Origin: a virus
Length of the DNA: 64,000 bases
Reading direction: 5' to 3' (one strand)
IMG/VR virus record: IMGVR_UViG_3300028581_000012
Every line of letters begins with the position of its first letter. Within the stretch, counting starts at the first letter, position 1. The notes beneath the pieces were generated by a model. It was given only the letters and a program-made list of their open reading frames with translations, searched no databases and was not told where the DNA came from. This document shows, piece by piece, positions 1-8,012 of this stretch. The translations under genes and the position numbers were made by a program.

Positions 1-839
1 CCACCACCTAATGTGGTCATACCTCCAATTGATGCCCCAAATCCATATCCATAGTAACTTCCAACACTCTGTACTTTATTATAATCAAATAGTGCGTAGT
101 ACCAAGTGTCATTAGTACCTGCTGATAGATTAGCCAAAGATAAATTCAAATTATCAACACCAAAAGTTTCAGTGTTGGTGGTTACGGTATTTACTGAAGA
201 GCCGGACACATATGTTAATGTATCAGCACTTAACGTACCCCAATAAATTGCAGTTGTCGCTGAAGTCGCAGCACTTGTACTAAACGCATTAACATTTGTA
301 GAAATATAATTTTGGAAGTCAGCGTTTAATGATGACGTACCACCATTAAATGTTGTGTAAGTATTGTAGAAATCTGCAGATAATTGAGCAGGTACCGATG
401 TGATTGTAATGTTACCACTTGTACCTGTTGTACCTGTAAAGTTAAGAGTAATACCTGTTGTGTTACCGGTAGCCGATATTGTTCCTGGGTCAGGATTAGC
501 AATTGTAACAACTGACCAAGACGGACCAGCGTCATACCCTGATAAACCAAGAACTCTTGTTACAAATAACTGATTTGATTGACTTAAATATGATTTTGCA
601 ATATATGACGTTTCATATTTTGGAATTTGTGTGTTTACAAATTTTTCAGGACTTGTTCCACCAAAATAAACTTGGTATTCATCAAAATTTGTGATGAATA
701 TCGGTTCGAATGCAGGTCCTTGTAGAGTTTCCCCAACAATACCTAAAGTTGTTACACCAACGCTTTGTGCTACAAATGTTAAATCTCTTTCTGAAGTATA
801 AACTCCCGGTGAGACGAAAACCTTATTACTAGATGCCAT
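1..839 (-). CDS. Tail sheath protein, N-terminal part (runs off the left edge)
   Basis: Not in ORF track. Manual translation from ATG at 839 gives MASSNKVFVSPGVYTSERDLTFVAQSVGVTTLGIVGETLQGPAFEPIFITNFDEY..., the classic sheath N-terminus (SPGVY..E.D; G...GP..P..I..). Open to the window edge. Confidence 0.9.
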   Translation of the reverse strand, partial: MASSNKVFVSPGVYTSERDLTFVAQSVGVTTLGIVGETLQGPAFEPIFITNFDEYQVYFGGTSPEKFVNTQIPKYETSYIAKSYLSQSNQLFVTRVLGLSGYDAGPSWSVVTIANPDPGTISATGNTTGITLNFTGTTGTSGNITITSVPAQLSADFYNTYTTFNGGTSSLNADFQNYISTNVNAFSTSAATSATTAIYWGTLSADTLTYVSGSSVNTVTTNTETFGVDNLNLSLANLSAGTNDTWYYALFDYNKVQSVGSYYGYGFGASIGGMTTLGG

Positions 840-871
840 TTTAATTATGTTTTAGCTTTTTATGTTTTATA

Positions 872-879
872 TATAAATA
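872..879 (-). promoter_or_regulatory. Putative late promoter TATTTATA upstream of tail sheath
   Basis: Same motif precedes about 17 mostly structural genes in sense orientation. Confidence 0.65.
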
Positions 880-888
880 CATTCAATT

Positions 889-920
889 TTTGCAAAAAAC
901 TATTGACTATAATATATTTA
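889..920 (+). promoter_or_regulatory. Bacteroidetes-type promoter TTTG-N20-TATATTTA
   Basis: Matches the Bacteroidetes -33 TTTG / -7 TAnnTTTG consensus except for the last base. Same spacing is seen at 10899-10930 and 47631-47662. Confidence 0.6.
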
Positions 921-926
921 TCTAAC

Positions 927-952
927 AAGGCAGACTAAATTCTGCCTTTTTT
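927..952 (+). promoter_or_regulatory. Hairpin/inverted repeat AAGGCAGA-N6-TCTGCCTT plus T-tract (attenuator/terminator or operator)
   Basis: 8-bp inverted repeat between the promoter and the RHH gene start. Confidence 0.5.
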
Positions 953-965
953 CTACCACATAATT

Positions 966-1127
966 ATGACAAAAACCAAAAAAATAAAAAACTTAAAAAT
1001 ATCTGAAGAGGTACACGATGTATTAAAAAAATACTGCGAAAAAAACGGATTAAAGATGTATAAGTTTTTAGAAAATTTAATAGTTAAAACTTGTGCAAAA
1101 CCTAAAGATATATACGGTGAAGATTAA
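966..1127 (+). CDS. Small ribbon-helix-helix (CopG/Arc-like) DNA-binding protein, 53 aa
   Basis: Manual ORF MTKTKKIKNLKISEEVHDVLKKYCEKNGLKMYKFLENLI...: alternating beta strand (KNLKIS) followed by helix-G-helix. Stop overlaps the convergent gene's stop (TTAA). Confidence 0.7.
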   Translation: MTKTKKIKNLKISEEVHDVLKKYCEKNGLKMYKFLENLIVKTCAKPKDIYGED

Positions 1128-2356
1128 ACTAGGTATGCAACAGTTTTAATCACTGATGTTTCACTAATTAGTTTTTTATAAACTTTAACCACTAAAGTAT
1201 CACCATCATTAACTTGTATTGTTTGTAAATCGTCACCCACATATAATCCGTTTATAAATACTGAAAACGCATTACCACAAGAAGTTGTTGAGTTTGTTGT
1301 GACACCAGTGGGGTTTGAAAATGTTGGTGTTGTCCCACCTTGTACACAATAAGATGATGAAGAACCACTTGTTATTCCCGATACCGTTGCCGGTCCACCA
1401 CCACAAGGGGTAAAAAATAAAGTGTTGGATGTATTAGACGTATATGAAAAATTATAACAATTTGTTAAATTTTCTAACTCAACAACTTTTAAATCCGCAG
1501 TATACCTAATTACCTCTGAAAGTTGGGTGACTCCTGGTAAGAAAGTAAAATCAAAATCAAAATTGTCAGGTCTTGGTGGTTCTATTTCAACTCTTTTACT
1601 TTTAACTTTAGTGTCAACTTCAAACATTGTCAAATATCTTGATATTGCTGGTGATACTTGAAAGTCTTTTTCATCTAATAAAAATCCTTGAAGTGTCATT
1701 TTATAATTTATAATATAATACTTTCTTTTTTCTAAATCTTTAACCGATTCATCAGATACCTCATCTAAAAGAATTGGCATGTAGTGACCGTTAATTTGAG
1801 TGTGAGCTTGAGCAGATGCAAACGTTTGTAAAACGATTTTATTAAACTCGTTGTTTTCTCTCATTCTATTACAAAATAATTTTACGTTAAAAACTAAATC
1901 AACAGCAATAGGTTGAGGTACTTTGTATACGTCGGCCCCTTTTCTTTGACCATCCCAAGTAGGTACGGTAAAATAATTTATTCTTAATTTTTCGGGAACA
2001 TTATACTTACCCCCAACTAATTTACCAAGTTTTACTTCAGGTGTTCTAACAATCGCAACAAATGGTAATGATATATTTTTATCTAAATCTTGAAAGTTCC
2101 AAGTTTGTGTAAATTGAGACCAATTTTGATTTGTAATGATTCTATCGATAGTTGGTACTTTTTTTCCATCAACAGTTAACATTAATCTTTCTTTAACAAA
2201 ATCTAAAAATCCTCTATCTAAATCTGCATGAAGAACTCCTTTTGGTAAATAAGTTCCGTGTCTTGTGACATCATCAAGCATTTCTTCCCTTCTTTCCACA
2301 CCAAATTTTTGTGGAATTAAAGGTAAATGTTTTTTTATTTGTTTAGGAAACGCCAT
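1124..2356 (-). CDS. Tail completion / sheath terminator-like protein (T4 gp15-like), with Ser/Thr/Gly-rich insert
   Basis: Position between neck gene and sheath; pattern P...DL.F.V...C..M...N.....L..F resembles tail terminators. Confidence 0.55.
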   Translation of the reverse strand: MAFPKQIKKHLPLIPQKFGVERREEMLDDVTRHGTYLPKGVLHADLDRGFLDFVKERLMLTVDGKKVPTIDRIITNQNWSQFTQTWNFQDLDKNISLPFVAIVRTPEVKLGKLVGGKYNVPEKLRINYFTVPTWDGQRKGADVYKVPQPIAVDLVFNVKLFCNRMRENNEFNKIVLQTFASAQAHTQINGHYMPILLDEVSDESVKDLEKRKYYIINYKMTLQGFLLDEKDFQVSPAISRYLTMFEVDTKVKSKRVEIEPPRPDNFDFDFTFLPGVTQLSEVIRYTADLKVVELENLTNCYNFSYTSNTSNTLFFTPCGGGPATVSGITSGSSSSYCVQGGTTPTFSNPTGVTTNSTTSCGNAFSVFINGLYVGDDLQTIQVNDGDTLVVKVYKKLISETSVIKTVAYLV

Positions 2357-2358
2357 AA

Positions 2359-2874
2359 TTATATACCTTCAAACTCATTATTTGTGACAGGTGTTGCAAG
2401 AATTGTTCTATAAAATCTTTTGTAACCACCATACGTGTGTTTATTATCGGTGAAAACTCTACCATCATTAACAACACTATAATACCTAACTCTTGTTTCA
2501 GTTTCGTAATAACCAATGTAATCACCAAACTCAATATCAATTTCTAAATCATCTAAATAATCTTGATAAACACTAACTGTTAAATTTCCAGGTTCAAGCT
2601 GTTCTAATTTTGTGGCACCGTAATCTGAATTTGATGGAGCGTCAATTTTTACTAAACCTTTAAACTCAATAGGTGGTAAAAATTGGATACCACCTTTTAG
2701 TGCTTCACCATAAACATCGTCATTATTTGTTTTTTGTCTGTCAATTTTATATAATACCAATGTGAAATTCATATCACCCTCTAACCATTCTCTACCCATT
2801 TTAATGTCTAAATTAAAATCATCTTCGGCAAAAAACTTATTTAATCTTGTAATTGGAACTTTAGGTTGTGTCAT
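2359..2874 (-). CDS. Neck / head-completion protein (T4 gp14-like)
   Basis: DDVYGEA motif, GDYI pattern, synteny with tail completion and sheath, late motif upstream. Confidence 0.55.
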   Translation of the reverse strand: MTQPKVPITRLNKFFAEDDFNLDIKMGREWLEGDMNFTLVLYKIDRQKTNNDDVYGEALKGGIQFLPPIEFKGLVKIDAPSNSDYGATKLEQLEPGNLTVSVYQDYLDDLEIDIEFGDYIGYYETETRVRYYSVVNDGRVFTDNKHTYGGYKRFYRTILATPVTNNEFEGI

Positions 2875-2927
2875 ACCTATAAATACTTTAATTGATTTTT
2901 TGTTTGTATTATACTATATTATAATAT

Positions 2928-5792
2928 ATGAGTGAAGATTTTGTGTCAAAAACACCAGAGTCAAAGGCCCTTTTAATATTAGAAGATTATGAAGGGTCAA
3001 ATAACTATATCCTAAATTTAAAACACAAAAAGGAAAATAGTAAATCTTTTACCCCAACAAGAAGTCAATCTGAATACATAATAAATTATAGGAACACAAA
3101 TCCAAAGGTTGCAAAAAAATGGGTTAAGTTAGACTCATATTTTGGTAAAAAACTTATGGAGGACAAAATGTATACAAAAGAACCTTCTGAAATTTATGTT
3201 GAAAAGTTATTAGTAGAAAAAGATAAAGCTTTTCATATTTGGGGTAAGATTTTTAGTGGTGAAACATTACACGATTTTTGGATACCAAAATCTGCAATCA
3301 TTAAAGACAACGAAGTAAAAAATATTGTTATTGATTATAGCAAGTATTACGTTAGACCACCAATGGAACATCAAAAGGTTGCTATTGAAAAATTGGTTGG
3401 TAATAAAAAGTTTATTTTAGCTGACGATATGGGACTTGCAAAAACGGGTTCGTCAGTAATCGCCGCGTTAGAATCTGATATTAAAAAAATACTAATAATA
3501 TGTCCCGCTTCGCTTAAAATAAATTGGCAAAGAGAGATTAATATATATAGTGACCGTAATGTTTATATTGCTGAAGGGAAGAAGTTTTCAACGAATCACG
3601 ACATTGTGATAATAAATTACGACATTTTAAAAAACTTTCACGACCCTAAAAATAAAGAAAATTCTGAAATATTAAAATCTAATTTTGACCTTTTAATTGC
3701 TGACGAATGTTTTACTTACGACACTAAAATAACAACAAATAAAGGTGAAATTAAAATTGGTGATATTGTTGAAAAAAATTTAGATGTAGATATTTTGTCT
3801 TATAATCACAACACAAAAAAAACCGAATACAAAAAAATATTTAGAAAATTATTTAAAAAAACAGACACTATACTTCAAATTAAATTACACAACGGAGTAT
3901 TTATAGAGTGTACACCAAATCATAAAATATATGTAAAAGATAAAGGATATGTTAGAGCCGATAAAATTAATACAAACGACTATGTGTTTGAATTGTCAAA
4001 AATTATTAACAAAAAAACAAATAATGAAGAAGAGTCAAACTTGTTCAAAATCTTGCAGCACGACATATCGTTACAAAAAAAATCCACCACAAAAAAAAGA
4101 AATAGAATTAAAACATCAAAAAAAATGTTTACATTGTGGAGAAATAATGAAATTTCAAACACAATCACAAATGAAAAAACAAATTTGTTGTTCAATAAGT
4201 TGCGCAAGCAAAATGAAATGGAAAAAAGAAGAAACAAGACAGAAGTGGAAAAACTCCATGAAAAAACACAATATGTCAGAAAAAATGAAAGAAGTTCACA
4301 GGAAAAATCCAAATATAAGGAAGGAATCGTCGGAAAGAATGAAAAAAAACAACCCAATGTTCAATTTGGAATCATTGGAAAAAATGAAAAAATCTTTGTC
4401 TGGAAAAACTTTTTTATCGAGAGGCGGAAACGGGACATTAACAAAACAACAAAAAAAATTATACAAAGTTTTAAGTCAAGAGTGGGAAATGGAATACACT
4501 ATTTTAACAAAAGATTATATTGGACATCAAAAAAGTTTACCAAATCATTACAATGTAGATATCGCCAATTTGAAACTGATGTTAATTATAGAAATAGATG
4601 GGAAAAGCCACAAACTAAAAAAATGGAAATTTATAGACAAAAGAAAAACAGAAATATTAACTTCATTGGGGTGGACAGTATTAAGATTTTGGAACGAAGA
4701 AATCGACAACAATATAATGGATTGTCTGAAAAAAATACAAGCGTATACGATTTAGAAGTTGTAGATAATCACAATTATTTTGCAAATAATATTTTAGTCA
4801 GTAATTGTCATGTTGTGAGTAACCCACAAGCTCAACGCACTAAAATAATAAATGACATAGCAACATCGATTGAAAGAGTTTGGTTATTAACTGGAACCCC
4901 TATAACCTCAAGACCTATGAATTATTATAACTTATTAAATTTAGTTGATAGTCCTGTGGCTGCGAATTGGATGGCATACGCTAAAAGATATTGTAATGGG
5001 TTTCAATTTAGTGTTGGTAAAAGAAAAGTTTGGAACGTAACAGGGGCATCAAATTTAGAAGAATTAAGAGAAAGAACTCAAACACATATTCTTAGAAGAT
5101 TAAAAGAAGAAGTGTTAGATTTACCTGAAAAAATTATAACTCCTGTTTATTTAAGACTAAAGTCAAAAGATTATGAAGAGTTAATGGGGGAATATTTTGA
5201 TTGGTACGATTCAAGACCTGAAGAGTCTTCATCGTTAACAATTCAGTTTTCAAAGTTAATGAAAGTTAGAAAAGTTATCGCTCAAGAAAAAATAAATAAT
5301 ACAATTGAGTTAGCTGAAAATATTATTGAGCAAGGTAAAAAGGTTATTATTTTTACAAATTTTACAGATACATTAAACATAATTTACAATCATTTTGGAA
5401 AACAAGCGGTCTATCTTGACGGTAGTTGTTCTAAGTTTCATAGACAAAACGCTGTGGATGAATTTCAAACAAACGACAAAATAAGAGTATTTGTTGGAAA
5501 CCTGAAAGCTGCAGGGGTTGGTATTACTTTAACGTCAGCTGAAGCCGTGATAATGAATGATTTATCATTTGTTCCTGCAGAACATTCACAAGCCGAAGAC
5601 AGGTCCCATAGAATAGGACAAAAAAATTCCACATCTGTTTATTATCCACTTTTTGAAAACACTATTGAAGGTGCGATATACGACATACTCAATAGGAAGA
5701 AAAAAATCATAGCAACAGTTATGGGTGACGATATGATGGATGACGCATCGACAATTGAAGAAATGTTAAATATGATTTCCTATAGGAGGTGA
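2928..5792 (+). CDS. SNF2/HARP(SMARCAL1)-like helicase precursor containing an intein (588 aa after splicing)
   Basis: LADDMGLAKT (motif I), CPASLK, DE|CH (motif II split by intein), LTGTP, AAGVGITL, QAEDRSHRIGQ. Confidence 0.92.
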   Translation: MSEDFVSKTPESKALLILEDYEGSNNYILNLKHKKENSKSFTPTRSQSEYIINYRNTNPKVAKKWVKLDSYFGKKLMEDKMYTKEPSEIYVEKLLVEKDKAFHIWGKIFSGETLHDFWIPKSAIIKDNEVKNIVIDYSKYYVRPPMEHQKVAIEKLVGNKKFILADDMGLAKTGSSVIAALESDIKKILIICPASLKINWQREINIYSDRNVYIAEGKKFSTNHDIVIINYDILKNFHDPKNKENSEILKSNFDLLIADECFTYDTKITTNKGEIKIGDIVEKNLDVDILSYNHNTKKTEYKKIFRKLFKKTDTILQIKLHNGVFIECTPNHKIYVKDKGYVRADKINTNDYVFELSKIINKKTNNEEESNLFKILQHDISLQKKSTTKKRNRIKTSKKMFTLWRNNEISNTITNEKTNLLFNKLRKQNEMEKRRNKTEVEKLHEKTQYVRKNERSSQEKSKYKEGIVGKNEKKQPNVQFGIIGKNEKIFVWKNFFIERRKRDINKTTKKIIQSFKSRVGNGIHYFNKRLYWTSKKFTKSLQCRYRQFETDVNYRNRWEKPQTKKMEIYRQKKNRNINFIGVDSIKILERRNRQQYNGLSEKNTSVYDLEVVDNHNYFANNILVSNCHVVSNPQAQRTKIINDIATSIERVWLLTGTPITSRPMNYYNLLNLVDSPVAANWMAYAKRYCNGFQFSVGKRKVWNVTGASNLEELRERTQTHILRRLKEEVLDLPEKIITPVYLRLKSKDYEELMGEYFDWYDSRPEESSSLTIQFSKLMKVRKVIAQEKINNTIELAENIIEQGKKVIIFTNFTDTLNIIYNHFGKQAVYLDGSCSKFHRQNAVDEFQTNDKIRVFVGNLKAAGVGITLTSAEAVIMNDLSFVPAEHSQAEDRSHRIGQKNSTSVYYPLFENTIEGAIYDILNRKKKIIATVMGDDMMDDASTIEEMLNMISYRR
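3708..4805 (+). mobile_element. Intein (366 aa) inserted in the helicase DECH motif
   Basis: Starts CFTYDTKITT, block B CTPNH, ends VYDLEVVDNHNYFANNILVSN followed by +1 Cys. Removal restores ADE-CH. Confidence 0.93.
3949..4755 (+). CDS. Homing endonuclease (Vsr/DUF559-like PD-(D/E)xK with two Cys4 Zn-binding repeats) nested in the +1 frame inside the intein
   Basis: CxxC...CSxSC twice, NNPMF, then DIANLKLMLIIEIDGKSH...D..K...L...GWTVLRFWN. Start could be 3949 or 3982. Confidence 0.85.
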   Translation: MLEPIKLIQTTMCLNCQKLLTKKQIMKKSQTCSKSCSTTYRYKKNPPQKKEIELKHQKKCLHCGEIMKFQTQSQMKKQICCSISCASKMKWKKEETRQKWKNSMKKHNMSEKMKEVHRKNPNIRKESSERMKKNNPMFNLESLEKMKKSLSGKTFLSRGGNGTLTKQQKKLYKVLSQEWEMEYTILTKDYIGHQKSLPNHYNVDIANLKLMLIIEIDGKSHKLKKWKFIDKRKTEILTSLGWTVLRFWNEEIDNNIMDCLKKIQAYTI

Positions 5793-5804
5793 TATTTATT
5801 CTAT

Positions 5805-6524
5805 ATGAAATCAAAAATTTTCGAAGGGTACTTAAAAACAATCAATCATATTGAATCATTATTAGAAATTGAATCATCTGAAAAAATCACCTTAATTAGT
5901 GAAATTAAAAAAATCAGTATAGATAAATTACCATATGATTATAATTCTTTAGAAGTTTTTATTGATAGTGAGACTATGAATACTCACTACAACAAACATT
6001 ACAAAGGTTATGTTGATAAGTTAAACAAAGAATTAGAAAAAGTTAAAGGGAAAGATTTAGATTTGGAACAAATAGTTTCAGACATATCAAAGTTTAATAC
6101 TGTTGTTAGAAATAATGGTGGCGGAGCATTTAATCATGCATTATTTTGGAAAATGCTTTCACCAAAAAAACAAAAACTTGAAGACCCAATAAAATCTAAA
6201 ATTGAAAAAACTTTTGGTTCTTTTGAAAAATTTAAAGAAAAGTTTGAAGAAGAGGCAAAATCAAGATTTGGTTCAGGGTGGGTTTGGTTAATATTAACTA
6301 AAACTAATAGACTAAAAATTGTTACAACCGCAAATCAAGATAACCCATTAATGGACAACCAAGAAGTTAGAGGATATCCTCTTTTGGGGTTAGATGTTTG
6401 GGAACATGCGTATTATTTAAAGTATAAAAATCAAAGGGATAAGTACGTTTCAAACTTTTGGAAGGTGGTTAATTGGGGGTTTGTAAATGATTTATATTCG
6501 ACGCAGTCAAAACTTAATGACTAA
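5805..6524 (+). CDS. sod: Fe/Mn superoxide dismutase with ~35-aa N-terminal extension
   Basis: LPYDYNSLE, H..KH..YV, NNGGG..NH..FW, FGSGWVWL, DVWEHAYY. Confidence 0.95.
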   Translation: MKSKIFEGYLKTINHIESLLEIESSEKITLISEIKKISIDKLPYDYNSLEVFIDSETMNTHYNKHYKGYVDKLNKELEKVKGKDLDLEQIVSDISKFNTVVRNNGGGAFNHALFWKMLSPKKQKLEDPIKSKIEKTFGSFEKFKEKFEEEAKSRFGSGWVWLILTKTNRLKIVTTANQDNPLMDNQEVRGYPLLGLDVWEHAYYLKYKNQRDKYVSNFWKVVNWGFVNDLYSTQSKLND

Positions 6525-6550
6525 AAGAATATTTATATATAAAATATATT

Positions 6551-7672
6551 ATGGCAACTACTGTAATAATTACTGAACCTGATAGAAGTAAACTTTATAA
6601 AAGAATAAAAAATCTTTTAGGAGCCCCTCTTCGTAGTGTCGAATTGGAAGATGAAATGATGGATTCATTATTAGAATTGTCAATTCAAGATTATGCCCAA
6701 CACGTTAATGATTGGTTAATTGAATCTCAATGGACATCTTTAGCGGGTCTTAACTTAGATGAACAATCACTTACAAGAGCATTTACAACAAGAAGTTTAG
6801 ATTATGAAACTCAGTTTACATATGCTTATTCTAAAATAGTGGGATTACAAGCTGGTGGAGATTGGGTGTTGAAAAAAGATTACATCGAATTAGTAGCCAA
6901 CCAACAAATATATGAAATTCCGGCAGGTCGTGAAATAAACGAAATTTTATGGTTCGCTAGGTCTGAATTAGATGCCGCTTACTTTGACCCATTTATGGGT
7001 GGATTTGGTGGATTTGGTGGTATCGGTCTTGGTGGTGGTGCCGGTTTTTCTCAGATGGGGACAACGGGCAATTATTTTATTACTCCAGCATTTGATATTC
7101 TTTTAAGAATGTCAGACATTCAAATGAAAAGAAGAATCATAACAGGAGATTTAACTTATAGAATTACAGCACTTCCTGAGGGTAAGAAGGCACTACATTT
7201 AATGAATGTTCCTGGAGGTAAATTTGATTTTGGAAATATTAACTACCAAAAGCATCGTGTGTGGTATTGGTATTATGATACATTTGATAGGGATGATTGT
7301 TTAGCTAAAAATCCTGATGTTGTAAGACTACCGTCTGATGTTCCAATAGATGAAATGAGGTGGGATGAATTAAACTCACCCGCACAAACATGGGTTAGAA
7401 GATGGTTTACCGCATATTGTAAAGAAACTTTGGCTAAAGTAAGAGGTAAGTATAGTGGAAGTTTGAAAACTCCTGATTCTGAATTGACGTTAGAATGGCA
7501 AAGTTTGAACACTGAAGCAAAAGACGAAAAAGCAACACTGTGGGAAGAATTGAAAACTAGACTTGAAAGATTAAGACCTGAAAAACAATTAGAAGTAAAG
7601 GCGGCTCAAGCTGAAAATATAAATAAAGCTTTAAAATTCAGACCATTTACAAGTCCTTATAATATTATATAA
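6551..7672 (+). CDS. Neck protein / head-tail adaptor (T4 gp13-like)
   Basis: N-terminal LLGAPLRSVEL..EM and C-terminal KETLAKVRGKY...LTL...L..EA resemble gp13. Confidence 0.75.
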   Translation: MATTVIITEPDRSKLYKRIKNLLGAPLRSVELEDEMMDSLLELSIQDYAQHVNDWLIESQWTSLAGLNLDEQSLTRAFTTRSLDYETQFTYAYSKIVGLQAGGDWVLKKDYIELVANQQIYEIPAGREINEILWFARSELDAAYFDPFMGGFGGFGGIGLGGGAGFSQMGTTGNYFITPAFDILLRMSDIQMKRRIITGDLTYRITALPEGKKALHLMNVPGGKFDFGNINYQKHRVWYWYYDTFDRDDCLAKNPDVVRLPSDVPIDEMRWDELNSPAQTWVRRWFTAYCKETLAKVRGKYSGSLKTPDSELTLEWQSLNTEAKDEKATLWEELKTRLERLRPEKQLEVKAAQAENINKALKFRPFTSPYNII

Positions 7673-7679
7673 TTTTTTT

Positions 7680-8012
7680 ATGGCAGTATTTAGGTCAGTT
7701 TCATCTACCAGAATAATTAATGGTAATAAAATAGAAACATCAGAATCGGCAGTTGTTTCAAATACAACTTACGAAACAAATGGTGAATATGTTATTGTTG
7801 TAACAGGTGTTGAAAATTGCGAACTTTTTTTAAATTCATCAAACACAGACCACGTAGTTGTTAAAGCTATGACAAATGTTTTAGTTAAGACGGACGCATT
7901 AATTGATGAACAGTTTGAAGAAGTTGAAATGGAAAAAGGAGCTTGTGTAGAATTCAAAAAAGTTAATAGGTTTTGGTATATTCTTTCTTCTGATGGACTT
8001 AAAAACTCTTAG
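7680..8012 (+). CDS. Hypothetical protein (beta-rich, probably virion-associated)
   Basis: ORF track; coupled to the neck gene. Confidence 0.6.
   Translation: MAVFRSVSSTRIINGNKIETSESAVVSNTTYETNGEYVIVVTGVENCELFLNSSNTDHVVVKAMTNVLVKTDALIDEQFEEVEMEKGACVEFKKVNRFWYILSSDGLKNS

Noticed and set aside
326-550. 74-aa minus-strand ORF in the ORF track
   Set aside because: Out-of-frame shadow of the tail sheath gene (1-839).
3980-4357. Antisense Phe-rich ORF inside the helicase intein
   Set aside because: Mirror of the A-rich plus strand; no motif or start context.
5784-5789. AGGAGG upstream of sod as a Shine-Dalgarno site
   Set aside because: It is 15 nt from the ATG, is formed by the helicase's last Arg codons, and lies upstream of the putative late promoter.
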